Of a DNA stretch of 64,000 nucleotides, positions 30,045-39,280 are shown piece by piece; positions within the stretch are counted from its first letter, which is position 1; each line of letters begins with the position of its first letter. The notes beneath the pieces were generated by a model that searched no databases, had not been told where the DNA came from, and saw nothing but the letters and a program-made list of their open reading frames with translations. Source of the DNA: an uncultured Solirubrobacterales bacterium. GTDB lineage: Bacteria > Actinomycetota > Thermoleophilia > Solirubrobacterales > 70-9. Location: assembly GCA_963776045.1 (NCBI GenBank), contig CAVZLE010000005.1, positions 541,599 to 605,598 of the forward strand, read 5' to 3'. Position numbers and translations under genes: made by a program.

Positions 30045-31120
30045 CAGCCCGAGGCGCCGGTGGCCTGGGCCTCGAGGCGGGCCCGCTTCTCCTCGGCCGC
30101 CAGCGCGTCGGTGAACTCGCGCAGGTTGCCGCCCAGTACCTCGTCGAGGTTGTGCGCGGTGAGCTTGATGCGATGGTCGGTCACCCGGCCCTGGGGGAAG
30201 TTGTAGGTGCGGATCTTCTCCGAGCGAGTCCCGCTCCCCACCTGCGAGCGGCGCTCGGCTGAGATCTCGGCCATCTGCTCCTCAAGCGCCCGCTCGTAGA
30301 TCCGGGCGCGCAGGACGCGCATCGCCTTGTCGCGGTTCTGAAGCTGCGACTTCTCGTCCTGCATCGCGACGACGATCCCCGTCGGCCTGTGAGTGATGCG
30401 GACGGCCGAGTCGGTGGTGTTCACCGACTGCCCGCCCGGACCGGACGAGCGGTAGACGTCGATCTGGAGGTCGTTGTCGTTGATGTCGACCTCCACATCC
30501 TCGGCCTCCGGCAACACGGCGACGGTAGCGGTGGACGTGTGGATGCGCCCCTGGGACTCGGTCTTGGGCACGCGCTGCACGCGGTGCGTGCCGCCCTCGA
30601 ACTTGAAGACGGAGTACGCGCCCTCGCCGTTGATCTCGAAGGTCACGTCCTTGAATCCGCCGTGCTCGGCCTGCGACTGCGAGAGGACATCGGCCTTGAA
30701 GCCCCGCTCCTCCGCGTATCGGTTGAGCATCTTGAAGAGGTCGCCCGCGAACAGGGCGGCCTCGTCGCCCCCGGTGCCGGCGCGGATCTCGACGATGACG
30801 TTCTTGGCGTCGTTCGGGTCGCGCTCGACCATCGCCAGGCGGATCTCCTCCTCCAGCTCGGCGATCCGCGCCGGGGCCTCGTTCATGACCTTGCGGAGGT
30901 CGGCGTCCTCCCCGCCCTCCTCCAGCAGCTCCCGCGCGCCCTCGAGATCATCGTTCAGGGTCCGGTACTCCCGCGCGAATTCCCGCGCCGGCTCGAGCTC
31001 CCGGTACTCCCGCCCGACCGCGGCGTAGCGCTCACGATCCCCGATCACCTCGGGGTCCGACATCTGACGCTCCAGCTCCGCGAAGCGCCCCTCGATCTGC
31101 TCGACGAGCTGGTCGATCAC
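30044..31120 (-). CDS. prfA: peptide chain release factor 1
   Basis: 358 aa with the SSGPGGQSVNTTDSAVRITH GGQ motif and the RF1-type PxT region (PEAEDVE...). Confidence 0.95.
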   Translation of the reverse strand: MIDQLVEQIEGRFAELERQMSDPEVIGDRERYAAVGREYRELEPAREFAREYRTLNDDLEGARELLEEGGEDADLRKVMNEAPARIAELEEEIRLAMVERDPNDAKNVIVEIRAGTGGDEAALFAGDLFKMLNRYAEERGFKADVLSQSQAEHGGFKDVTFEINGEGAYSVFKFEGGTHRVQRVPKTESQGRIHTSTATVAVLPEAEDVEVDINDNDLQIDVYRSSGPGGQSVNTTDSAVRITHRPTGIVVAMQDEKSQLQNRDKAMRVLRARIYERALEEQMAEISAERRSQVGSGTRSEKIRTYNFPQGRVTDHRIKLTAHNLDEVLGGNLREFTDALAAEEKRARLEAQATGASG

Positions 31121-31180
31121 GCCTCAAGTGTGACGGGCGCGTCAGCCGCAGCGCCGGGACGCGGCGAGATGTGGCCCGAT

Positions 31181-32395
31181 CTACCGGGAGGTCTGGCGCT
31201 GGCGGCGGGTGACCGCGTCGATCGTCACGGCCAGGAGCAGGACGGCGCCGGTGATCATGAACTTGATGTCGGAGTCGAGGCCCAGCAGGTCCATCCCGTT
31301 TGAGATCGATCCGATCACGATCGCGCCGAGAAAGGCCGACCAGATGAAGCCACGCCCGCCGAACAGCGAGGTGCCGGCGATCACCGGGCCCGCGATGGCG
31401 AGCAGCAGCACATCGCCCGAGCCGGACTGCTGATTCACCGACAGCAGCCGCGATGCGGCCAGGACGCCGCCGGCAGCAGCCAGGGTCGACGCCAGCGCGA
31501 ATACCGAGAGCTTGATCCGGTTTACGCGGATGCCCGCCCGGCGCGCGGCCTCCTCGTTGCCGCCGACCGCGAAGACGTGGCGGCCCCATCGCGTCCGCTC
31601 GGTGAGGAAGGTGAACAGCACCGTGAGCGCGATGACGATCAGGACCACGAGCGGCACCCCGCGGGCGCCGTTCAGGATGGCGACGGCGGCGACGATCGCA
31701 ACGCCGACGAGCACCGTTCGTGCGACGAGCACAGCCACCGGATCGGCGGAGAGCCCAGCCGCCACCCTGCCTCGCCGTCGTACGAAGAGACTGGCGGCGT
31801 AGGCGCCGATCGCGGCGGCGGCCAGCGCCCAGCCCACAGCCGGATCGAAGAACGTGGAGGTCAGGTCGGTGATGATCGACGGCGGCAGGTTCACCGACCC
31901 GGTATCCCCGAGCACCGCCAGCTGGGCCCCCTGCCAGCCGAGCAGGCCGGCGAGCGTGACGACGAACGACGGAATGCCGAAGGTCGTGACCATGAAGCCG
32001 TTGAACATGCCGATGGTTGTGCCGACGAGGAGCCCGAGCACGATCGCGAGCTCGGGTGCGAGCCCCTCCTTCACACTCACGACCGCCATCACGGAGGCGG
32101 CGAGGCCTGATACCGCGCCGACCGACAGGTCGATCTCGCCGAGCAGCAGGACGAGCACCACGCCGATCGAGATCGTCGCGACGGCGGCGACCTGAAGAGT
32201 CAGGTTCGAGAGGTTGATGGCCGAGAGGAACTTGTCGTTCGCGAGCTGAAAGATCGTCCAGATGACGGCGATGCCGAGAATGACCCGGATCGAGCCCAGC
32301 TCGCCGCGCGCGAGCCGGCTCAGCATCGCCGCCGGGGAGATGCGCTCGCGGATCTCGGCCTCGACGGGGGGCGGTGCTTCAGCCGGCGTGCTCAC
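31181..32395 (-). CDS. sugar ABC transporter permease (XylH-like)
   Basis: 404-aa polytopic protein with an ATGA-type overlap onto the upstream ATPase gene. Confidence 0.85.
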   Translation of the reverse strand: MSTPAEAPPPVEAEIRERISPAAMLSRLARGELGSIRVILGIAVIWTIFQLANDKFLSAINLSNLTLQVAAVATISIGVVLVLLLGEIDLSVGAVSGLAASVMAVVSVKEGLAPELAIVLGLLVGTTIGMFNGFMVTTFGIPSFVVTLAGLLGWQGAQLAVLGDTGSVNLPPSIITDLTSTFFDPAVGWALAAAAIGAYAASLFVRRRGRVAAGLSADPVAVLVARTVLVGVAIVAAVAILNGARGVPLVVLIVIALTVLFTFLTERTRWGRHVFAVGGNEEAARRAGIRVNRIKLSVFALASTLAAAGGVLAASRLLSVNQQSGSGDVLLLAIAGPVIAGTSLFGGRGFIWSAFLGAIVIGSISNGMDLLGLDSDIKFMITGAVLLLAVTIDAVTRRQRQTSR

Positions 32396-33204
32396 AGCGG
32401 GGCCTCCTCGGTCGGGCGCTCCCCGTTGCCGAACTCTGCCCCGGTGATCGCGGCCACGATCTCCTCATGACTCGAGTCGCCGATCTTGTAGTCCCCGGCG
32501 ATCCGACCGAGTCGCAGGACCGTGGCACGGTCGGCCACCTCAAAGACGTCAGCGAGGTTGTGGGAGATGACGATCACCCCTAGGCCGCGGTCGCTCAGGC
32601 GCTCGATCAGCTCCAGGATGTGCTTCGTCTGGACCACCCCGAGCGCCGCGGTCGGCTCGTCCAGCAGGACGAGCTTGGGATCGCCGAGCAGCGAGCGTGC
32701 GATCGCGATGGCCTGGCGCTGTCCGCCGGAGAGCCGTGCGACCTCCGTTCGCACGCTGCGGATGGTGGTGACCCCCAGCGACGCCAGCAGCTCCTCCGTC
32801 TTCTGCTCCATGGCCGTTTCGTTGAGCACGTGTGGCCCGCCGTCGACGACCTCCTGGCCGAGGTAGAGGTTGGCGACGATGTCGAGGTTCTCGCAGAGGG
32901 CGAGGTCCTGGTACACGGTCGCGATCCCAAGGCCGGTGGCGGCCTGGGGCGAATTCAGCGAGACCGACTGGCCGGCGAAGAGGGTCTCCCCCTCGTCGGC
33001 CGGCTGGACGCCGGCGATCGCCTTGATCAGCGTGGACTTCCCCGCCCCGTTATCGCCCACCAGGCCCACCACCTCGCCGGCGTGGACCTCGAGGTCGACG
33101 TCCTTCAGCGCATCGACCGCGCCGAAACTCTTGGAGTAGCCATTGAGCGCGAGGAGAGGCTCTGAGGAAGGACTCTCCACGTTGGGTGTGGTGGTCGATT
33201 CCAT
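32392..33204 (-). CDS. sugar ABC transporter ATP-binding protein (single NBD)
   Basis: Walker A GDNGAGKST, signature LSGGQRQAIAIARSL, Walker B LVLLDEPTAAL. Start taken at MESTTTPN, downstream of the SBP stop. Confidence 0.88.
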   Translation of the reverse strand: MESTTTPNVESPSSEPLLALNGYSKSFGAVDALKDVDLEVHAGEVVGLVGDNGAGKSTLIKAIAGVQPADEGETLFAGQSVSLNSPQAATGLGIATVYQDLALCENLDIVANLYLGQEVVDGGPHVLNETAMEQKTEELLASLGVTTIRSVRTEVARLSGGQRQAIAIARSLLGDPKLVLLDEPTAALGVVQTKHILELIERLSDRGLGVIVISHNLADVFEVADRATVLRLGRIAGDYKIGDSSHEEIVAAITGAEFGNGERPTEEAPL

Positions 33205-33239
33205 GCTCACCTCTCCTCGCGCTCGGCTACCTCGCGGGC

Positions 33240-34364
33240 CTAGCTGATGCCCGCCTGCTCGCACGCCTTGGCGTACTGCCCGGCGCAGATCTCATCCACC
33301 GGGTAGACGTCGTCGGCGACGATCGTGTCGTTGACGTTCTCGGCCGTAACCGGGACCGTTTCAATGACTGCGGTCGGAACCTCCTCGGTCCCGTTGTCCG
33401 TCTCGCCTCCGACCAGGTCGGACGACGGTTCCTCACCGTTAGCGACGGCCACCGCCAGCTCGGCCGCGGTCTCCGCGAGCGGCTGGATCGGCTTGTAGAC
33501 CGTCATGAACTGCTCGCCGGCGATGATCCGCTGGACCGCGGTCAGCTCGGCGTCCTGGCCGGTCACCGGGATCTCCTTCGGATCCATGCCGGCGCCCTTC
33601 ATCGCGGCAATGGCGCCACCAGCGGTGCCGTCATTCGCTGCGTAGACGCCCTTGATCTCGTCCTCGCCGACCGAGGTGATCGCCTGCTCCATCTCGCGCT
33701 GCGCGTTCTCGGGCAGCCAGTCCGGAGTATCGAACTCCTCCGCGATCTCGACGCCCTCGGCATCGAACACCTCGGTGGAACCCTGGCTGAACAGGGTGGC
33801 GTTGTTGTCCTTCGGATCGCCGTTGATCTTCACGATCGGGCCGGTGTCGTTGCCGTCCTCGGCGAGCTTCTCCGTCAGGGACTCACCCTGCTGGCGACCC
33901 ACCTCGAGGCTGTCGAACGCGACGTAGTAGTCGAGATCGGTGTCGAGGATGAGTCGGTCATAGGAGATGACCGGGATGTCGGCTGCCTTCGCCGAAGCGG
34001 CGAGCGAGCCCGCCGTGGTCGAATCGACCGGATCGAGGACCATCACGTCCACGCCCTCGGTGATTGCGGCCTCGACCTGCTGCTGCTGCTTGGCCGGATC
34101 CTGATCAGCGTTCTGGTAGTTGATCTCGCAATCCGGGCACAGCTCCTCGACCTTCGCCTCGAACAATGGCTTGTCGAGGGCCTCGTAGCGTGCCGTCTGC
34201 GTCTCGGGCAGCAGGAATGCGATGGTGCCACCGGAGGCGCTGTCGTCTCCGCCGGAATCGCTTCCGCCGTCGTCGTCATCGCTGCCGCAGGCGCCGATCA
34301 CCAGCGCTGCACTCAGCGCGGCGAGGGCCACGAGCAGCGAGCGCGTCCGCGTCTGCGTCCTCAT
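33240..34364 (-). CDS. sugar ABC transporter substrate-binding lipoprotein (XylF-like, periplasmic binding protein family 1)
   Basis: Lipobox LVIGAC, acidic linker, then the PBP1 fold sequence (TIAFLLPETQTARY...VISYDRL...). GAAGGGAG Shine-Dalgarno. Confidence 0.85.
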   Translation of the reverse strand: MRTQTRTRSLLVALAALSAALVIGACGSDDDDGGSDSGGDDSASGGTIAFLLPETQTARYEALDKPLFEAKVEELCPDCEINYQNADQDPAKQQQQVEAAITEGVDVMVLDPVDSTTAGSLAASAKAADIPVISYDRLILDTDLDYYVAFDSLEVGRQQGESLTEKLAEDGNDTGPIVKINGDPKDNNATLFSQGSTEVFDAEGVEIAEEFDTPDWLPENAQREMEQAITSVGEDEIKGVYAANDGTAGGAIAAMKGAGMDPKEIPVTGQDAELTAVQRIIAGEQFMTVYKPIQPLAETAAELAVAVANGEEPSSDLVGGETDNGTEEVPTAVIETVPVTAENVNDTIVADDVYPVDEICAGQYAKACEQAGIS

Positions 34365-34425
34365 GGGTACTCCCTTCGTTGGGGGTGTTTGGGGGATTTG
34401 GTGTTTGCTGTTGTGGTTGTCAAAT

Positions 34426-35652
34426 TCATGCCGCCGCGCTCAGTTCGGGCACGGCGAAGCGCTCCGGCTCCCGCATCACGAGCGCCAGGGCCCCCAGCAT
34501 CTCCGCCCGCTCTCCGAGTACCCCGGCGACGATCTCCGTATCAGCGGCCGCGCTCGGGATCGCGTTGCGCTGGACCATCTCCCGGACGGGATCCAGCAGG
34601 ACGTCGCCCGTCCGGCCGAGGTCACCGCCGATCACGACGCACTCGGGATTGACGATGTTGCAGAGGTTCGCGACGGCGATCCCGATCGTCCGCCCGGCAT
34701 CGTGGATCAGCCGCCGGGCCGCAGGATCCCCGGCCTCCGAAAGCTCTAGGAGCCGCCGGGTCGAGATCTGCTCCTGGCGGCTGAGGCTGAGCTCGTTGGC
34801 GACGGCGCGCGCCGAGGCCATCGTCTCGAGGCAGCCGCGGTTGCCGCAGCGGCACACGGGCCCGTCGACCGCGAGCACCGTATGGCCGATCTCGCCCGCG
34901 GTGCCGCCGACGCCGTGGGTCAGGCGGCCGTTGGCGATCAGGCCTCCCCCGATTCCCGAGGCGACCTTGAGGTAGGCGATCTCGGTGTGGCCCTTCGCAG
35001 CGCCCCAGACGAGCTCGGCAAGGGCGCCGAGGTTCGCGTCGTTCTCGACCGCCACCTGCATATCGAGGCGCTCGCTGGCCTCGGCCACGGCGTCAAGTCC
35101 CACCCAGCCGGGCAGGATCGACGAGTCCTGGACGGTGCCGGACGTGCGCGTGATCGGAGCCGGCAGGCCCATGACCGCGCCGATCACCCTGCTGCGGTCG
35201 ACGCCCGCCTCGGCCAGGACCGCTTCGACGTCCTCGGCGGCCGCGGCGAGGCCGTCGTCGGCCGCGTGGTCGACGTCGAGCTCGCGCCAGGTCTCGGCGA
35301 GAACGGTGTGCGAAAGGTCGGAGACGGCGACCCGGAGGTGGCGGTGCCCGAAGTCGACAGCCACCGCGAGCCCGGCGGAGCTGTCGAGGGCCACCATCAC
35401 GCCGGGCCGGCCGGCGTGCGGCGACTCGTCGTGCGGCTGGCCGTCCCGCTCCAGGGCAAGCCCGGTGTCGATGAGGTCGCCCACGATCGAGGAGACCGTC
35501 GAGCGCGACAGGTCGGTCATTCGCGCCAGCTCAGCCCGGCTCGCGGCACCCCGCTCACGCAGGGCATCGATCACCCGGCGCCGGTTGCCCTCGCGCAGGG
35601 ATGCCAGTGAGCCGCTCCTCCTCGTACTCATGAACGAGCGAATCCATTTCAC
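34426..35652 (-). CDS. ROK family transcriptional regulator (XylR-like)
   Basis: N-terminal winged HTH (NRRRVIDALRERGAASRAELARMTDLSRSTVSSIV) plus a ROK sugar-kinase-like domain with the CRCGNRGCLE zinc motif. The start is GTG 35652 or ATG 35631. Confidence 0.88.
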   Translation of the reverse strand: MKWIRSFMSTRRSGSLASLREGNRRRVIDALRERGAASRAELARMTDLSRSTVSSIVGDLIDTGLALERDGQPHDESPHAGRPGVMVALDSSAGLAVAVDFGHRHLRVAVSDLSHTVLAETWRELDVDHAADDGLAAAAEDVEAVLAEAGVDRSRVIGAVMGLPAPITRTSGTVQDSSILPGWVGLDAVAEASERLDMQVAVENDANLGALAELVWGAAKGHTEIAYLKVASGIGGGLIANGRLTHGVGGTAGEIGHTVLAVDGPVCRCGNRGCLETMASARAVANELSLSRQEQISTRRLLELSEAGDPAARRLIHDAGRTIGIAVANLCNIVNPECVVIGGDLGRTGDVLLDPVREMVQRNAIPSAAADTEIVAGVLGERAEMLGALALVMREPERFAVPELSAAA

Positions 35653-35800
35653 ATTTCGGCCTATTTGTCAAGAGTCTGGAGAAAGAACCCCCCAAACGTG
35701 GGCCTAAATGTGAGATATCCGGCGAATTACAGTCGCGATAGGGCCGAACGGCACCAATGCCGCGTCGATAGCTCGGTAGAGAAATGCGGAAAGGCCGCCG

Positions 35801-36808
35801 TTAGGCGACGATCTCGATCCTCTCGGCGGCCGGCTCGGGCTCGTGACTCTCGACGGCCAGGACGGCCTCGAGCGCGGCGATGGCGACGGCGAGCTGTTCG
35901 CGGTCGGGTTCGCGCGTGGTGAGGTTCTGGAGCATCAGTCCGGGCCACATCAGGGCGCGGACCCATGCCTTGCGGCGATTGCGGCCGGCCCATTTGATGA
36001 CCTCGTAGGAGAGGCCGGCGATCAGCGGGATGCCGAGCACCCGGGAGGCGACGAGCCAGTACCACTCCGGCAGGCCGATCGGGGCGAAGACGAAGATCGC
36101 CAGCACCATCACGATCAGCAGGAAGCTGGTGCCGCACCGGGGGTGAAGGCGCGAGTAGCGCTCGGCGCGGGCGGGCGTGAGGCGGTCGTTCGCCTCGTAG
36201 CAGGAGATCGTCTTGTGCTCGGCCCCGTGGTACTGGAACACGCGCCGCAGATCCGGGATCCGGCTGATGGCGACGACGTAGCCGATGAAGATCGCGGTGC
36301 GGAGGATCCCCTCCACCAGCCAGAACAGGAAGGCCGAGCCGAGCTCGTCCTTGATGAGGCTGGTGAGGCCGACCGGGACGACGAAGAAGAGCCCGATGGC
36401 GAGCGCCAGCGAGGCCGCCACGGTGAGCGCCCAGGTGACGCCGCCGATCGGCGCCGGCTCGGGCTCGCCATCCTCGGCGACGGCCTGCGCGTTGGCCGAG
36501 ATCGCCATCGCGCGGAAGCCGATCTTGAGCGATTCTCCGAGGGCCACCACGCCGCGAATGACGGGAAGCCGCAGGAGACGGTGCCGCTTGGCCCACGAGA
36601 CGAGAGGCTCCGAGGTGACCTCGATCTCGCCGGTCAGCCCATCGGGGCCGTCGGGCCCGGGCTTGCGAACGGCGACAGCCCAAGTCGAGACGCCGCGCAT
36701 CATCACGCCCTCCAGCACCGCCTGGCCACCCACGGGCGCGTCGCGGCCTGCCACGGGCAGGCCGTCGGGCATGCGGGAGCCGGCGAGGTTGAGAGCTCCC
36801 TCGCTCAC
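35801..36808 (-). CDS. DUF1385 domain membrane protein
   Basis: VGGQAVLEGVMMRG at the N-terminus and a polytopic C-terminal half. It sits in the conserved position between rpmE and prfA. Confidence 0.8.
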   Translation of the reverse strand: MSEGALNLAGSRMPDGLPVAGRDAPVGGQAVLEGVMMRGVSTWAVAVRKPGPDGPDGLTGEIEVTSEPLVSWAKRHRLLRLPVIRGVVALGESLKIGFRAMAISANAQAVAEDGEPEPAPIGGVTWALTVAASLALAIGLFFVVPVGLTSLIKDELGSAFLFWLVEGILRTAIFIGYVVAISRIPDLRRVFQYHGAEHKTISCYEANDRLTPARAERYSRLHPRCGTSFLLIVMVLAIFVFAPIGLPEWYWLVASRVLGIPLIAGLSYEVIKWAGRNRRKAWVRALMWPGLMLQNLTTREPDREQLAVAIAALEAVLAVESHEPEPAAERIEIVA

Positions 36809-36823
36809 CCGAGGATGCCCCGT

Positions 36824-37036
36824 CTAGCTCTTGCCGGAGCTCTTGGCCTGGCGACGCTTGAAGCGCTCGACGCGGCCGCCGGTGTCGACCAGCTTCTGCT
36901 TGCCCGTGTAGAACGGGTGGCACTCGGAGCAGATCTCCACGTGGAGCTCGGACTCGGTCGAGCGGGTGTAGAACTCGTTTCCGCACGAACAGCGCACGTG
37001 CGCGAGCTGGTAGGTCGGGTGAATACCGGTCTTCAT
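36824..37036 (-). CDS. rpmE: 50S ribosomal protein L31 (Zn-ribbon type A)
   Basis: MKTGIHPTY...CSCGNEF...[13 protein letters not shown], 70 aa. Confidence 0.95.
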   Translation of the reverse strand: MKTGIHPTYQLAHVRCSCGNEFYTRSTESELHVEICSECHPFYTGKQKLVDTGGRVERFKRRQAKSSGKS

Positions 37037-37060
37037 CGTGCCTCTGAGTCTAGCGACGGC

Positions 37061-37669
37061 CTAGCTCGCGGCCAAGGCGTCGAGCAGGCGTGAGAGCGTC
37101 TCTCCGACCTCGCGGCGCGTCTTCCCGTCGTCGTCGGCCCGTGCCACGACCATCGCCGCCTCGTCCAGCGCCCCCATCAGCACATGGGCAAGCGGCCGCA
37201 CCGGCTGCTCGGGGATCGAGCCGGCGTCGATCGCGGCCTGGAGCGAGGCCTCGATGAGCCCCAGCCCGTAGCGCGAGGCGACCTCCCGCCAGCGGTCCCA
37301 GCCCAGCACCGAGGGCGCGTCGAGGAGGACGATGCGCTGCACGTCCGGCTCGAGGCAGGCGTCGAGGAAGAGGTCAGTCCCGCGGTGGAGCGCCTCGAGC
37401 GGATTGGTGGGGGCGTTCTCGCCGGAGAACGCCTCGGTGGCGATGTACTCGGTGATCTCGCCCTCCACCAGCTCGTAGACGGCGGCGAGGAGCTCCTTCT
37501 TGCTCTCGAAGTGGTGGTACAGCGCGCCCCGGGTGACGCCGGCGGTGCGCACGATCTCCTCGGTGCCGACATCGGCGTAGCCCCGTTCGCCGAAGAGCCT
37601 GCGCGCCACGGCGAGCAACTCAGCCCGCGTGGCCTCCGAGCGCTCCACCTGCGTCGACTTGACATTCAT
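37061..37669 (-). CDS. TetR/AcrR family transcriptional regulator
   Basis: HTH RAELLAVARRLFGERGYADVGTEEIVRTAGVTRGALYHHFESKKEL. Divergent from a hydrolase gene. Confidence 0.88.
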   Translation of the reverse strand: MNVKSTQVERSEATRAELLAVARRLFGERGYADVGTEEIVRTAGVTRGALYHHFESKKELLAAVYELVEGEITEYIATEAFSGENAPTNPLEALHRGTDLFLDACLEPDVQRIVLLDAPSVLGWDRWREVASRYGLGLIEASLQAAIDAGSIPEQPVRPLAHVLMGALDEAAMVVARADDDGKTRREVGETLSRLLDALAAS

Positions 37670-37704
37670 ACCGTCTGTATGTTAGATACATACCGGCTGT
37701 ATGT
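37667..37704. promoter_or_regulatory. two tandem inverted repeats (CATAC-N5-GTATG), candidate TetR operators
   Basis: Site 1 is CATACcgtctGTATG (37667-37681, overlapping the TetR start codon). Site 2 is ACATACcggctGTATGT (37688-37704). Both lie in the 61-nt divergent intergenic region. Confidence 0.55.
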
Positions 37705-37730
37705 AAACAACGACTTTGAGGACTGAACTC

Positions 37731-38585
37731 ATGCCTGAAACCAAGACCGTCGAGCTCGACCACGGGCCGATCCGCTACCGCGAACGCGGCACGGGCGAGC
37801 CGATCGTGTTCGTCCACGGCTTCCTCGTCGACAGCCGCCTCTGGGACGGGGCCGCCGAGCGCCTCGCGGGGGAGTTCCGCTGCATCCAGCCCGACTTGCC
37901 GATGGGGTCGCACCGGCTCCCGATGAAGCCGGACGCCGACCTCACCCCGCCCGGCGTTGCCCGGCTGATCGCGGATTTCCTCGAGGCGCTCGACCTCGAG
38001 AACGTGACGATCGTCGGCAACGACTCCGGCGGCGCGATGTCGCAGATCCTCGTCACCCGCCACCCGGAGCGGATCGCCCGGCTCATCCTCACGAACTGCG
38101 ACTCGTACGAGCACTTCCCGCCGGGCCCGTTCAAGCTGATGCCCCCGATGATGAAGGTGCCCGGCGGGATGAGCGCGATCGCTCTCCCCTTCCGGGTCGG
38201 GGCATTGGCGCAGCTCGCCTACAACCAGTTCACGAAGACACCGCTTCCCCGCGAGCTGATCGAGGACTGGCTCGAGCCGTCGCTCACCGACCGCTCGATC
38301 AAGAACGATGCGACGCGCCTGGTCAAGGACATGAACAAGCGCTACACGCTCGCGGCGGCCGAGCACTTCGACGAGATCGACTTCCCGGTTCTGGTCGCGT
38401 GGGGCCGCGACGACGGCCTGTTCAAGCCGGCGCAGGCCGAGCGGCTCGCGGAGGCGATCCCGGGCGCGCGTCTCGAATGGATCGACGACGCGAAGACCTT
38501 CCTCGCGCTCGACCAACCCGAGGTGCTCGCGGAGAGGATCGGCTCGTTCATGCGGGAGACGAGCCCCGCGCGGACCGCCGCCTAG
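37731..38585 (+). CDS. alpha/beta hydrolase (dehalogenase/epoxide hydrolase-like)
   Basis: IVFVHGF oxyanion region and a nucleophile elbow VGNDSGG with Asp where HDWG-type enzymes have their nucleophile. GAGGA Shine-Dalgarno 8 nt before ATG 37731. Confidence 0.82.
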   Translation: MPETKTVELDHGPIRYRERGTGEPIVFVHGFLVDSRLWDGAAERLAGEFRCIQPDLPMGSHRLPMKPDADLTPPGVARLIADFLEALDLENVTIVGNDSGGAMSQILVTRHPERIARLILTNCDSYEHFPPGPFKLMPPMMKVPGGMSAIALPFRVGALAQLAYNQFTKTPLPRELIEDWLEPSLTDRSIKNDATRLVKDMNKRYTLAAAEHFDEIDFPVLVAWGRDDGLFKPAQAERLAEAIPGARLEWIDDAKTFLALDQPEVLAERIGSFMRETSPARTAA

Positions 38586-39280
38586 TCCGGCAGGCCCAGC
38601 TCGGCGGTCTCCGGCATCACCTCGACGTTGCCGGTGGCCGCCACCCGGAGCACGCCCGCCATCCCGTCGCCGATGCCCGTCTCGGGCACCTCGAGCGTGA
38701 CGACGACCGCCGCGCCCTCCCGGCCGACGGTCCGGACCGGGCCGAGCGACCGGAGCAGCGCCATCATCGCCTTGTTCTCCATCAGCAGCGTGGCCTCGAA
38801 GCGGGTGATGCCGAGCTCCCGGGCGCGTTCGGAGAGCATCACGCTGAGCGCCTTGCCCAGGCCGGCCCCCTGCCATGGATCGACCACGATCACCGCGGAC
38901 TCGGCGGTGTCGGACCCCTCGCCCAGACGGACGAAACGGGCGACCCCGACGGCCACACCTGACTCCTCGTCGATCGCCATGAGCGCCTCGTGGTTGGTGT
39001 GATCGACGTCGGTGAGGTAGCGGATCTGCGACTCGGACAGCCGCACGATTGGCGCCATGAACCGCTTGAAAAGGGAGTCGGAGCTGGCCTCCTCGAGGCC
39101 GGCCAGGTAGCGCTCGCGATCGGTCGGCTCGAGCGGGCCGACGATCACCGCCCGTCCGTCGCGCAGGACGACGCGGGCGGTCCGGGGCGCGCCGGGTTTC
39201 GTCAGACCTCCGTGTAGAGGGGGCCGTCGCCGCCCTCGGGCGGCGTCAGGCGCCCGCCCTTGGCGGTGATGGCGCCGCAC
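38582..39280 (-). CDS. GNAT family N-acetyltransferase (start uncertain)
   Basis: VLRDGRAVIVGPLEPTDRERY..., acetyl-CoA motif WQGAGLGKAL. The annotated ATG overlaps the ETF-QO 3' end by 79 nt and its first ~35 codons look non-coding. No canonical start lies closer to the conserved core apart from GTG at 39148. Confidence 0.7.
   Translation of the reverse strand: MRRHHRQGRAPDAARGRRRPPLHGGLTKPGAPRTARVVLRDGRAVIVGPLEPTDRERYLAGLEEASSDSLFKRFMAPIVRLSESQIRYLTDVDHTNHEALMAIDEESGVAVGVARFVRLGEGSDTAESAVIVVDPWQGAGLGKALSVMLSERARELGITRFEATLLMENKAMMALLRSLGPVRTVGREGAAVVVTLEVPETGIGDGMAGVLRVAATGNVEVMPETAELGLPD

Noticed and set aside
31121-35800. Treating the sugar ABC/ROK cassette as a horizontally acquired island or mobile element.
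   Set aside because: No integrase, transposase, tRNA attachment site, direct repeats or visible composition change flank it. Only the interruption of conserved synteny supports insertion.
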